From the NCBI GenBank assembly GCA_964502095.1, contig CAZCUF010000011.1, positions 10,459-74,458 on the forward strand: a DNA stretch of 64,000 bases, in the 5' to 3' direction. The notes beneath the pieces were generated by a model. That model did not search any database, was not told the DNA's origin, and saw nothing but the letters and a program-made list of their open reading frames with translations. This DNA comes from an uncultured Anaerolineaceae bacterium (GTDB lineage: Bacteria; Chloroflexota; Anaerolineae; Anaerolineales; Villigracilaceae). The position numbers and the translations under genes were made by a program. Each line of letters starts with the position of its first letter. Position 1 is the first letter of the stretch. Below are positions 17,736 to 26,785 of this stretch, piece after piece.

Positions 17736-18338
17736 ATGAATGGATTCCGGTTTCAATTCCCTGTTTTGACAATTGGCCTTTCGGTTGTTATCGGCCTGGT
17801 TTTTCTCGTTCATCATCCGACCGAGGTGCTGGCTCAGGGACCCGCGACGGCGACCCCCGCATCGGCTGGCGGCGTATTCATCACGGTTACATATGCCGAT
17901 GAGCCATTTGTGAACGTCCGCAGTGGGCCAAGCACTTTATATGACATTATTGGCCAGTTGGCCGCTGGAGATACGGCCCCAGCCTTGGGCGTTTCTCCCG
18001 GACATGAATGGATTCAGATTTCGTTCAACGGCGGTATAGGGTGGGTTTATAGCGCCTTTGTCGCGGTTTCGCCAGGCGCATTACAAATCGTCGAGCCGCC
18101 GCCAACCGCAACGCCTCTGGCCAGCCCGACTCTTGATCCCACGCTCGCCGCGGCATTTAATGCCGCGCCTACGGCTACCCGCCTGCCAACTTTTACGCCG
18201 CCGCCGCCTCTTGTCGTCCCGAGTTTTACTCAAAGCTCCTCGGCTTCGGATGGCAGTTTTTCACTGGGCTGGGTGATTATCGGCATCGGTCTGGTCGGCG
18301 TTATTGGATTTTTACTCTCGTTTCTTCGCCGCTCGTGA
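17736..18338 (+). CDS. Surface protein: signal/TM + SH3b-like domain + Pro/Thr linker + C-terminal TM with basic tail
   Basis: VNVRSGPSTLYDIIGQL..GD...ALG......WIQI....GIGWVY matches the SH3_3 pattern. PT-rich segment. The protein ends GWVIIGIGLVGVIGFLLSFLRRS. Confidence 0.6.
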   Translation: MNGFRFQFPVLTIGLSVVIGLVFLVHHPTEVLAQGPATATPASAGGVFITVTYADEPFVNVRSGPSTLYDIIGQLAAGDTAPALGVSPGHEWIQISFNGGIGWVYSAFVAVSPGALQIVEPPPTATPLASPTLDPTLAAAFNAAPTATRLPTFTPPPPLVVPSFTQSSSASDGSFSLGWVIIGIGLVGVIGFLLSFLRRS

Positions 18339-18970
18339 TGTTTAAAGTCCAGCTTTCTGCCCGATTTCGATTCATGGCGCACTTGCTCATCGCGGCCGGC
18401 ATCATGGCAGTCGCTTTTCTGATGCCGGGTGGGATTCCGGTTTCGGCGCAACAGCCCACCGGTTCCGTGCCGACCGTGACGGGGACTCCCTCAGGGCCGC
18501 TGGTAAAAGTCTATCAGGATTTGGGGCAGATCATCGTGTATGCGGGGCCCAGTTCCTTTGATTATCCGGCAATCGGACTTTTGCTTCTGAATCAGCAGGC
18601 TCCGGCTCTAGGACGATCTCCGGACGGGAGCTGGATTCAAATCTACTATCCGGGTGTGCCGGGTTCAGTTGGGTGGATTTACGCGCCGTATGTTTCCATC
18701 ACGGCAGTTCCTTCCTTGCCCGTCCTCGATATACCATCTACGCCGACACCGTTATCGACTCCGACCATTGACCCTACGTTGGCCGCAGCCTACATTACAA
18801 CAGATCAGCCTCAACGTCTTGCCACTTTTACTCCGCCCGCTCCGCTTGTGGTACCAACCTTTGTGGATGAGACCCCCGCGCCGAGCAGTATTCCTATCGG
18901 TTTGTTGATTTTCGGCTTTGGCTTTGTGGGCGTATTGGGCGCGTTGATTTCCTTCCTGCGAGGCAGGTGA
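18335..18970 (+). CDS. Paralogue of the preceding SH3b-like surface protein
   Basis: Same architecture. A conserved block PTPLSTPTIDPTLAAAY...LATFTPPAPLVVPTF corresponds to ATPLASPTLDPTLAAAF...LPTFTPPPPLVVPSF in the neighbour. ATGA start/stop overlap. Confidence 0.6.
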   Translation: MMFKVQLSARFRFMAHLLIAAGIMAVAFLMPGGIPVSAQQPTGSVPTVTGTPSGPLVKVYQDLGQIIVYAGPSSFDYPAIGLLLLNQQAPALGRSPDGSWIQIYYPGVPGSVGWIYAPYVSITAVPSLPVLDIPSTPTPLSTPTIDPTLAAAYITTDQPQRLATFTPPAPLVVPTFVDETPAPSSIPIGLLIFGFGFVGVLGALISFLRGR

Positions 18971-18979
18971 TCTTAAATC

Positions 18980-19006
18980 AAAAAAGCCGGTTTGTCCGGC
19001 TTTTTT
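18980..19006. terminator. Bidirectional hairpin terminator
   Basis: AAAAAAGCCGG / CCGGCTTTTTT stem with a TTTGT loop, between convergent genes. Confidence 0.75.
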
Positions 19007-19024
19007 GATTCTTATCTGTTTTGT

Positions 19025-19405
19025 TCAGCTATTGCAAGAACAGGAACCGCCGCAGGCACAGCCGCCTTCGCCATGTTCGTGTTCATGCTGGGCGGCGATG
19101 GGGCTGTCCACCAGGAAGCCCGCGCCCTGCACCGGGTCGTTGACGAAATCAACGGTGGCGCCGCGTAAGTAATCGATCGAGGTGTTATCGACCACAACCT
19201 TTACGCCATCGGAGTTGAATGTGAGATCGGTGGAATTGAAGGTATTATCGAGCGCCATGCCGAAGTTCACGCCACAACATCCTCCGCCAGCCACGTACAC
19301 GCGCAAAGCATATCCTTCCAGGTTGCGCTGTGCGAAAATATCCTTTACAGCTTTGGCGGCGGCATCGGTTAGAGTGATCGTTTGTACGTCGATTTCTGTG
19401 AGCAT
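19025..19405 (-). CDS. A-type Fe-S cluster carrier (IscA/ErpA/HesB family) with a His/Cys-rich C-terminal tail
   Basis: ITLTDAAAKAVKDI...LRVYVAGGGCCG.NFGMALD...VDFV motifs. The tail reads HEHEHGEGGCACGGSCSCNS. Confidence 0.8.
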   Translation of the reverse strand: MLTEIDVQTITLTDAAAKAVKDIFAQRNLEGYALRVYVAGGGCCGVNFGMALDNTFNSTDLTFNSDGVKVVVDNTSIDYLRGATVDFVNDPVQGAGFLVDSPIAAQHEHEHGEGGCACGGSCSCNS

Positions 19406-19509
19406 GATACTCTCCTCGTGGATGAATATGACGCATAATATCAGAATTATGGGTGGTTGTCAACGACAGCGAAGGCGGCAGGTACAGGCCCGGTCTTTCA
19501 ATACTTTGC

Positions 19510-19538
19510 TTGACACATTGCAAACGCGCCTGTAAAAT
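19510..19538 (+). promoter_or_regulatory. Near-consensus sigma70 promoter upstream of hppA (TTGACA-17-TAAAAT)
   Basis: TTGACA 19510-19515, a 17-nt spacer, TAAAAT 19533-19538. It is about 60 nt before ATG 19599. Confidence 0.55.
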
Positions 19539-19598
19539 CGCCCTGCTCGTTTCGGCGCGCGGCGCGCCTTATACTTTGTTCGGGAGGAAACCCCTTTT

Positions 19599-21941
19599 AT
19601 GTTCACCATGGGACTCACCGCTTTTGAATCGACTGCGATCTGGGCTGTACTTGGCATTGCCATCCTCGGCCTGGCATACGCAGTCTTTTTGCGTTCCCAG
19701 ATTTTACGCGAGGATAAGGGAACCGCAAAAATGCAGGAAGTGTGGGGCGCGATTCGAGATGGAGCCAACGCTTATCTCGTTCGCCAACTCCGTTCGATCC
19801 TGCCTTTGATCGGCATCCTGACCATTGCCTTGTTTTTCTCCGTTTATATTGTTCCCCCCAGCGCGGAAGCCCTGGAACGATTCCCCGGCCAGGCTCCTGA
19901 GCAAGTGCGCCTGATCATCGGCTTTGCGCGTGCCATCGCGTTCGTGATGGGCGCTTCATTTTCTCTGGCTGTCGGTCAAATTGGAATGCGCATGGCCGTC
20001 GAGGGAAATGTGCGCGTGGCCTCCGCCTCGCGCAGGTCCTTCGGTGACGCCCTGCGCATCGCGTACCGCGCCGGAACGATCACCGGTATGCTGACCGATG
20101 GCCTCGGCCTGTTGGGCGGCACTTTGATTTTCATTGTTCTCGGCATCGCCGCGCCGGATGCTTTATTGGGTTTCGGTTTTGGCGGCACGTTGTTGGCGCT
20201 GTTCATGCGTGTGGGCGGCGGCATTTTCACCAAGGCGGCTGACGTCGGCGCAGATTTAGTCGGTAAAGTGGAAGCAGGCATCCCTGAGGATGATCCGAGA
20301 AATCCGGCAGTGGTGGCTGATTTGGTCGGCGATAACGTCGGCGACTGCGCGGGAATGGCCGCAGATATTTTTGAATCCTATGAAGTGACCATTGTGGCCG
20401 GTTTGATTTTAGGCCTGGCTTTACATGCCTTCACCGGCCGCCTTGAATGGATTATCTTCCCATTGATCGTGCGCGGCGTGGGCGTGCTGTCTTCGATTGT
20501 TGGAACGTATCTGGTGCGCGGCGGCCCGGGAAAGAGCGGCAACGCGATGAAAGCCATTTTCCGCGGCTTCCTTTCCTCTGCGGTGATTTCAGCCGTGCTC
20601 TTTTTTGGCGCTGGTTTTCTGTATTTGAACAATCCGGGAATGAGTCAGTTCGGCGGCTGGTGGCGCGTTCCGGTGACAGTGGCCGTTGGGGTTCTGTTGG
20701 CAATTTTGATCGACCGTCTGACTGAATACTTCACCGGCACCGACCAATCTCCGGTTCGAGACATCAAGAAGGCGGCGGATACCGGCCCGGCTACGCTGAT
20801 TCTGCAGGGCGTCGCGGCCGGCTTCGAGTCCTCGGTCTGGTCTGTGATTGTCATCGCGCTGACGATTGTCGCGTCTATTTTCGTCATGGGTACGATTCCG
20901 GGAGTGGATGCCGCACAGCGCATTAACTTTATTTTATACGGCGTGGCGATGACGGGCATCGGCATGTTGACCCTGACGGGCAACAATGTGGCGATGGACT
21001 CATTCGGCCCCATTTCGGACAACGCGAACGGCATCGGCGAAATGTCCTGGCACGGAATGGAAGATAAAGAGACGCGCGATGCCCAACAGATCATGGCCGA
21101 TCTCGACGCGGTGGGCAACACTACCAAGGCAATTACCAAGGGTGTTGCGATTGGTTCGGCGGTCATTGCGGCGGTGGCGCTCTTTGGCTCCTTCCTGGTG
21201 GACGTGAGCCGGGCGCAGGCTAGTTTGGGTGTTGCGGTGACGGAACAGATCAAGACCATGGGCATCCGTGTTGACGTGCCGCAGGTGTTCGTCGGCATGT
21301 TGATCGGCGGCGCCCTGCCGTGGCTGTTCTCTTCGTTTGCAATTCAAGCGGTTTCCCGCGCGGCTTCGTTGATCGTGCTGGAAGTCCGTCGTCAGTTCAA
21401 GCTCGGCGTGCTGGAAGGCAAAGTAGCGCCCGATTACAAACAAGCAGTCGGCATTTCGACTACGGCGGCGCAAAAGGAACTCGCTTCCCTGGCTTTGCTC
21501 GGCATCGTGACGCCGATTGTGGTCGGCCTACTTTTACAGGTTGAAGCGCTGGGAGGCTTCTTGGCGGGCATCATTGTCTCAGGTCAACTACTGGCGGTAT
21601 TCCTGAACAACTCGGGCGGCGCCTGGGATAATGCCAAGAAGTTGATCGAGGATGAGCCCCGCAAGCCCGCCGAGAATTTAGGGAAAGGCTCTGAACGCCA
21701 TAAGGCCGGCGTTGTGGGCGATACGGTCGGCGATCCGTTCAAGGATACGGCTGGCCCCGCTCTGAATCCGATGATTAAAGTGGTAAACCTGGTCTCGGTC
21801 ATCATTGCCCCGATCGTTGTGCAATATGCCAGAGCCGAAGGGATGACCCAAGTTGTCATTTGGATCGTCGCATTGCTCCTGATCGCGGTGCTTGGCTGGG
21901 CAATCGTCCGCTCGAAAGCACCGGCGCAAGCGATGAAGTAA
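19599..21941 (+). CDS. hppA: Membrane-integral H+-translocating pyrophosphatase, K+-independent subtype
   Basis: 780 aa, polytopic. GGGIFTKAADVGADLVGKVE, DNVGDCAGMAADIFESY and GDTVGDPFKDTAGPALN motifs. GNTTKAITKG carries Lys at the position that specifies K+ independence. Confidence 0.9.
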   Translation: MFTMGLTAFESTAIWAVLGIAILGLAYAVFLRSQILREDKGTAKMQEVWGAIRDGANAYLVRQLRSILPLIGILTIALFFSVYIVPPSAEALERFPGQAPEQVRLIIGFARAIAFVMGASFSLAVGQIGMRMAVEGNVRVASASRRSFGDALRIAYRAGTITGMLTDGLGLLGGTLIFIVLGIAAPDALLGFGFGGTLLALFMRVGGGIFTKAADVGADLVGKVEAGIPEDDPRNPAVVADLVGDNVGDCAGMAADIFESYEVTIVAGLILGLALHAFTGRLEWIIFPLIVRGVGVLSSIVGTYLVRGGPGKSGNAMKAIFRGFLSSAVISAVLFFGAGFLYLNNPGMSQFGGWWRVPVTVAVGVLLAILIDRLTEYFTGTDQSPVRDIKKAADTGPATLILQGVAAGFESSVWSVIVIALTIVASIFVMGTIPGVDAAQRINFILYGVAMTGIGMLTLTGNNVAMDSFGPISDNANGIGEMSWHGMEDKETRDAQQIMADLDAVGNTTKAITKGVAIGSAVIAAVALFGSFLVDVSRAQASLGVAVTEQIKTMGIRVDVPQVFVGMLIGGALPWLFSSFAIQAVSRAASLIVLEVRRQFKLGVLEGKVAPDYKQAVGISTTAAQKELASLALLGIVTPIVVGLLLQVEALGGFLAGIIVSGQLLAVFLNNSGGAWDNAKKLIEDEPRKPAENLGKGSERHKAGVVGDTVGDPFKDTAGPALNPMIKVVNLVSVIIAPIVVQYARAEGMTQVVIWIVALLLIAVLGWAIVRSKAPAQAMK

Positions 21942-21957
21942 AATACACTAAATCCAG

Positions 21958-21990
21958 AAACTGCTCCCAGTAAACGACTGGGAGCAGTTT
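21958..21990 (+). terminator. Hairpin terminator after hppA
   Basis: 13-bp stem AAACTGCTCCCAG / CTGGGAGCAGTTT with a TAAACGA loop. Confidence 0.65.
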
Positions 21991-22005
21991 GCAATTATTT
22001 ATTGC

Positions 22006-23520
22006 ATGAGATCAATCGCGCGCATTCACCCCTTCCTGTTTCTAATCGTCTCGTTGATGTATCTCTATCGCGGCGCGGCGATCATTGCTTCGCCGGAACA
22101 GGTTGTTCGCCCGGCGGTAATCTTGATCGCGCTTTTACTGCTATTGGAATTTCCAGCGCGTTGGATATCCGGCGACTGGGACAGCGCCGCGCTCCTGCTC
22201 TCGATTTTTGTGCTGGGGGTTTGTTCCAACTGGCGAACTTCTCTGGCCGTGGGCATTATTTCCATTATTGTTCTTGCCATTGGCTTGATTTTAATCCGGA
22301 TCAGACGCATCCGCGCAAAATTATTTCAGCTGAATATACTGCTCACCATGGTCGGCTTGATATTTGTGTTCAGCCTTGGCTTGCCCCTTGCGGGGACTCT
22401 GCCGCCCGCCTCGAAAGTTTTTTCCCAACCCGTCTGGTCTCACGTCGACCTCGTGCCTGTCAACCCGCCCCCGGATATTTACTATATTGTTCTGGACGGC
22501 TACGCTCGCGCAGACATTCTGAAGGACTTATATCAATTCGACAATTCAGGGTTTATCGAAGAGCTCGAATCTCTCAGTTTCGTTGTCCCAACGCGAAATC
22601 ACTCCAATTATTCCAGGACCGCCCTTTCAGTGACTTCGACCCTGAACATGGATTACACGGAAAACTTCGCGCCGGGCCTGGAGGAATATCCTTATTGGTG
22701 GTTGATGTCGCCGGCCTTGAACTATAGCCGCGTGCGAAGCATGCTGGAAGAAATGGGCTACACCTCGGTCGCGATTGCCACAGATTGGGGCGTCACGAAT
22801 AACACTACCGCAGATGAATATTATGCTCCCGCGCCGGTGGTTTTAAACGATTTTGAAAATTATTTTTTATTTCAAACGCCAATGGACACGATCCGTCCAT
22901 TGTTCGGGACGTTCGCCTATGTTCAATCGTACGACGCGCACCGCTCTTTGATCCGCTTTCAATTTGAAACGCTGGCCCAAATGTCATCCCGGGCCGGTCC
23001 GAAATTCATTTTCGCTCATATTCTTGCGCCTCATCCTCCATTCGTCTTCGATGCGGACGGGAAGCCTCTCCAGCCCAGCTATCGATTCAATTTTAACGAT
23101 GCGAACGATTTTCCACTCCAGGATAAGGAGATATATCGTCAGGGTTATGTCGCTCAAGTTCGTTATGTCAATACTCAACTGCTGGATATGATCGAGACGA
23201 TTCTGCATAATTCGAAAACCCCGCCCATCATCATTTTGCAAGCGGATCATGGTCCGGGCATGCTCACGGATTTCAACTCAGCGGAAAACACCTGCCTGGC
23301 GGAGCGTTTTTCCCCGTTTGCCGCCTATTATTTGCCGGGCGTCGACTCCTCTGTCGTTCCCAATGATATTACGCCAGTCAATCTATTTCGAATCGTTTTC
23401 AACGAATATTTTTCCGCGGACTTCCCCCTCCTTGAGGATCGACAGTATTATAGCGATGGGGTTTTTCTTTATCGCCAGGAAGATGTGACCGAACAGGTAG
23501 ATACCTGCGCAAGACAATAG
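22006..23520 (+). CDS. Membrane-anchored alkaline-phosphatase-superfamily protein (sulfatase/phosphodiesterase/LTA-synthase-like)
   Basis: About 5 N-terminal TM helices. The soluble domain has YYIVLDGYARADIL, HILAPHPPF and ILQADHGPG motifs. Confidence 0.6.
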   Translation: MRSIARIHPFLFLIVSLMYLYRGAAIIASPEQVVRPAVILIALLLLLEFPARWISGDWDSAALLLSIFVLGVCSNWRTSLAVGIISIIVLAIGLILIRIRRIRAKLFQLNILLTMVGLIFVFSLGLPLAGTLPPASKVFSQPVWSHVDLVPVNPPPDIYYIVLDGYARADILKDLYQFDNSGFIEELESLSFVVPTRNHSNYSRTALSVTSTLNMDYTENFAPGLEEYPYWWLMSPALNYSRVRSMLEEMGYTSVAIATDWGVTNNTTADEYYAPAPVVLNDFENYFLFQTPMDTIRPLFGTFAYVQSYDAHRSLIRFQFETLAQMSSRAGPKFIFAHILAPHPPFVFDADGKPLQPSYRFNFNDANDFPLQDKEIYRQGYVAQVRYVNTQLLDMIETILHNSKTPPIIILQADHGPGMLTDFNSAENTCLAERFSPFAAYYLPGVDSSVVPNDITPVNLFRIVFNEYFSADFPLLEDRQYYSDGVFLYRQEDVTEQVDTCARQ

Positions 23521-23573
23521 ATAATACATAAGTCAACTTTTCCTCCGGCTTTGTTGCACAGCGAGACCTGTCT

Positions 23574-25781
23574 TCATTGAAGGGTATTAGTCACTTGCCA
23601 GACTCCATCTGCGTTTCGCCGACAGGCTTCTTCCTTTTCAATTGGCGGGTTTGTAACTTTGATTTGATATGAAATGACAGCATCCCCGCTTCTGCCGTAA
23701 AGAGGCTGGAGTTGCATCCAACTGGGCGTATTGTTAGGGCTGGGAATCATCCCGAACTGCAGATGCCTTACTGTGTACTCATTTTCGTATGCAATGTAAC
23801 TGTATCCTTCCCGATAGACCTCTGCCCAGAATGCGTCAGGATTCTGATGAGATAGGTCGTGCAACAAGCTGTACTCCTCGTTGTTTGTCGAGCAGGAGAA
23901 CAGGTCGGTCCGAAGATAGTAGCGATAGGCCCCCAGGGTAAGGACGCGGTCGCCCTGGCCGGCAGTTTGATTGATCGGGGCGAGATATTCGCAGAATACC
24001 TTATCGTAGCAATGCGGATTGCCCTGCGAGTCGATCGGCGAATATGCGTTGATCGAAATGAAAATAGTGCGAAGATTGATGAAGATCAGAAGCGCTATGA
24101 CCAGGCCGGATTCAAAATAATTAAAGTATCTATCGGAGTTGTTCAGCAATGCGGCGAGTAATTCCGAAACGGGATAGTACAAAATAATCCAGAGAAAGAA
24201 AACATATCGAATCTCCGTCACGGTGAAAAAAGTAAATATCCATGCGATAAGCGTAACAATGGAGGCGCTTAGGATAATACCCGTTATTTTTTTAAGTCCG
24301 ATTTTTTCGCGGATGCTCCCCAGAAAAAGGGCGGGCAGGAAGGCAATAAAGAGCGGACTGATATTTCCAAGACTCTGTGGAGTATTATCGAAGGAGACTG
24401 CAAGCGGATAGAGAAGCCTGACTGTGAGCAATTGACCTGGTTTATAGTTCCATGGGCCGGTTGCGGGATTTATATTCGAAACGCTCGACATAAAAGCGAA
24501 CGGGTCTCTGAAGATCATCCAATTTGCAAAGAGATGATAGATACCCAAGCCAACAGCCCCGATTGAAATCCAAATTAAAGTCTGCAAGAAATGGGGAAGC
24601 TTATTCCGGGCTGTTTTGTTTTTGTCTTTCTGTAATAGGACAGTCTGAAAATAAAAAAGGAGAATAAATATCGCTAATAGAAAGGCATTGAATGGTCTTG
24701 CGACGATTGATAATCCCGATAGAAAGCCTATGATGAGAAGACCGGATTTGTCCTGCCCCTGCCGCCGGAATCGCGCAACCATCCAATACACTGCCGCAAG
24801 CGCGGGCATGAAACTGATCAAATCGACTTTGCCATCTCCAAGAAGATCGAGAAAAGACGTCGAACTGATCAGCATGGCGAGGGAGAGAATTTTCGCCCGC
24901 CCGGACAGTTCCAGTTTTTCTGCCAGTGCCAGGGCGAATATGATAATAGTGGCTCCGCAGACCCATGAGAATAAACGTGCGGCCTGATCTCCAAAAAGTT
25001 GGATTAGAGCCGTAAACTGGATCGCCGTTTGAAAGACACTGGCAACGAATGTGTCATTGGTAAAAAAGTGAATCCGGCCTGTCAGCGCGGTGATTTTTGC
25101 GTCGGAGAAATAGATCGCCGAAGCATCGTAGCTAATTCTGGCGGTTGATAAAAACAGGGAGAAAAATAAGATACTGCAGGCCAGACCGATAAGAATTTTG
25201 TCGTATGTTCGCAGGGAGAAATGGTTCTTACCTGCCTTTACTCTGGAATAAATTCGGAAGAGAAGGGCTTTTAAATGGCGAAAGCCCAATATAAAACCGA
25301 GAAATAAACTTATGCCGACCTCGACGGAAGTGATTTTATAAAGCCCGGCCAGGGTCATGAATAGGAGGGCAAATATCCCATGTCCGATTATGAATCCGGT
25401 TCCTAAATAGGCAAACCAATCTAAACCAGTGTAATGTTGCTCAAAAGGTTTTTCTTTTAGAAAATGAAGAATAAACAATCCCAGGGATGCGCAGGAGACG
25501 GAAAACAAAGCAACCCCTGCAATGGCTTTCGTCGAATCCAGCAAATACTGAATAAAATTTATTCTTTGAATTTCCGTTATGATTCGAGGAAAATCTATCA
25601 GATTCGACCAATGAATATAACTTACCCGCCCGGGAAAAGCGATAAAAATGCCTACGCATAGAAGGGTCCAGCCAAGTAGCAGGACGCGGGCCGTGCCGGA
25701 TAGTTGCTTTACATTTTGCATGAGTTCTTCGCTCTGGCGCAGGTATAAGTCACTGCCCTTTATTCTACTTCGTATGGGCAA
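23574..25781 (-). CDS. Large polytopic membrane protein, putative GT-C-fold glycosyltransferase (ArnT/PMT-like), with a C-terminal soluble domain
   Basis: 735 aa with more than 12 predicted TM segments, then a soluble tail of about 150 aa. It sits next to GT2 and PIG-M-like genes. The family call is by architecture and context only. Confidence 0.4.
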   Translation of the reverse strand: MPIRSRIKGSDLYLRQSEELMQNVKQLSGTARVLLLGWTLLCVGIFIAFPGRVSYIHWSNLIDFPRIITEIQRINFIQYLLDSTKAIAGVALFSVSCASLGLFILHFLKEKPFEQHYTGLDWFAYLGTGFIIGHGIFALLFMTLAGLYKITSVEVGISLFLGFILGFRHLKALLFRIYSRVKAGKNHFSLRTYDKILIGLACSILFFSLFLSTARISYDASAIYFSDAKITALTGRIHFFTNDTFVASVFQTAIQFTALIQLFGDQAARLFSWVCGATIIIFALALAEKLELSGRAKILSLAMLISSTSFLDLLGDGKVDLISFMPALAAVYWMVARFRRQGQDKSGLLIIGFLSGLSIVARPFNAFLLAIFILLFYFQTVLLQKDKNKTARNKLPHFLQTLIWISIGAVGLGIYHLFANWMIFRDPFAFMSSVSNINPATGPWNYKPGQLLTVRLLYPLAVSFDNTPQSLGNISPLFIAFLPALFLGSIREKIGLKKITGIILSASIVTLIAWIFTFFTVTEIRYVFFLWIILYYPVSELLAALLNNSDRYFNYFESGLVIALLIFINLRTIFISINAYSPIDSQGNPHCYDKVFCEYLAPINQTAGQGDRVLTLGAYRYYLRTDLFSCSTNNEEYSLLHDLSHQNPDAFWAEVYREGYSYIAYENEYTVRHLQFGMIPSPNNTPSWMQLQPLYGRSGDAVISYQIKVTNPPIEKEEACRRNADGVWQVTNTLQ

Positions 25782-25785
25782 TGCT

Positions 25786-26775
25786 TCATTTGCCGGGATT
25801 TAGGCGTGTTCTTGCTCTTGCAATCGCTCTTTCCCAAATTCGCGAGTCTCTCAAGTATCGACGAATGCCAAATAGCCCTAATCGAAGCAGTCCGAAAAAT
25901 AATTTCAGGACGCCGATCTTTTCGCCGTGAACTGCGCTGGCGAAGGCGACATTGACATCTATCGAGAAGGCCGATGTTTTACGAATCCCGTCTTCCCGCG
26001 ACTTGGCGCTATTTAAATGATTGAAATACCTGCCCGGCACAAGTTCCAATTGTTGTCTGAACTCGCTCAGGTATGCGCTTCGTGTTTCGGTCTGTGAATG
26101 AGGATGGATTCGGAAACCGCAAAGCGATTCTGCGCAATAGACGATTTGACCGCGAAGCGTTAATTTTAGCCAGAAATCCCAATCCGCTGTGTACCATAGT
26201 TTTTCATCCAGGCCGCCAAGGGTAATCGCGGTCTCTCGTTTGATGATTGGAGCCGCAATCGCGACGAAGTTTTGGGTCAGTAAGCGTTCCAGCATAATAT
26301 CCGGGTCGACTATCGAAGGATAAGCGGGGAGAGGACAGCGCCAATGTCCCAGATATCTGCCGCGTGAGTCGATAAAATCAGCGGAATGTAGAAAAAAATC
26401 GACTTTCGGATGTGCTTTGGTCAATGAGCGAACGACCTTGAGCCGGTCTTTATGCCAGACGTCATCCTGATGCAGGATACTGATGTAATCGCCGCTCGCC
26501 AGACTCAAGGCATGGTTTGTAGCGGCAACCCAATTTCCTTTTCTCTCCTGCCCAACCAGAACGAGATTTAATTTTTTCTTGCACTGCTCCAGTATGGACA
26601 GTGTTCGATCGGTGGAGCCATCGTCAACCACGATACATTCTATATTTGGATCCTCCTGGGCAAGGACGGAATCCAGCATAAAGGGGAGATAGCTTTCGCC
26701 GTTGTAGGTTGGAATAAGAACAGAAAGCCAGGGACGCATCTTTTTATCGACTAGAATTGGACGAAGAGTAGACAA
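25786..26775 (-). CDS. GT2-family glycosyltransferase
   Basis: LSVLIPTYNGESYL...SVLAQEDPNIECIVVDDGSTDRT and a downstream DxD-like HQDDVW motif. Confidence 0.8.
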   Translation of the reverse strand: MSTLRPILVDKKMRPWLSVLIPTYNGESYLPFMLDSVLAQEDPNIECIVVDDGSTDRTLSILEQCKKKLNLVLVGQERKGNWVAATNHALSLASGDYISILHQDDVWHKDRLKVVRSLTKAHPKVDFFLHSADFIDSRGRYLGHWRCPLPAYPSIVDPDIMLERLLTQNFVAIAAPIIKRETAITLGGLDEKLWYTADWDFWLKLTLRGQIVYCAESLCGFRIHPHSQTETRSAYLSEFRQQLELVPGRYFNHLNSAKSREDGIRKTSAFSIDVNVAFASAVHGEKIGVLKLFFGLLRLGLFGIRRYLRDSRIWERAIARARTRLNPGK

Positions 26776-26785
26776 TCAAACGGTT

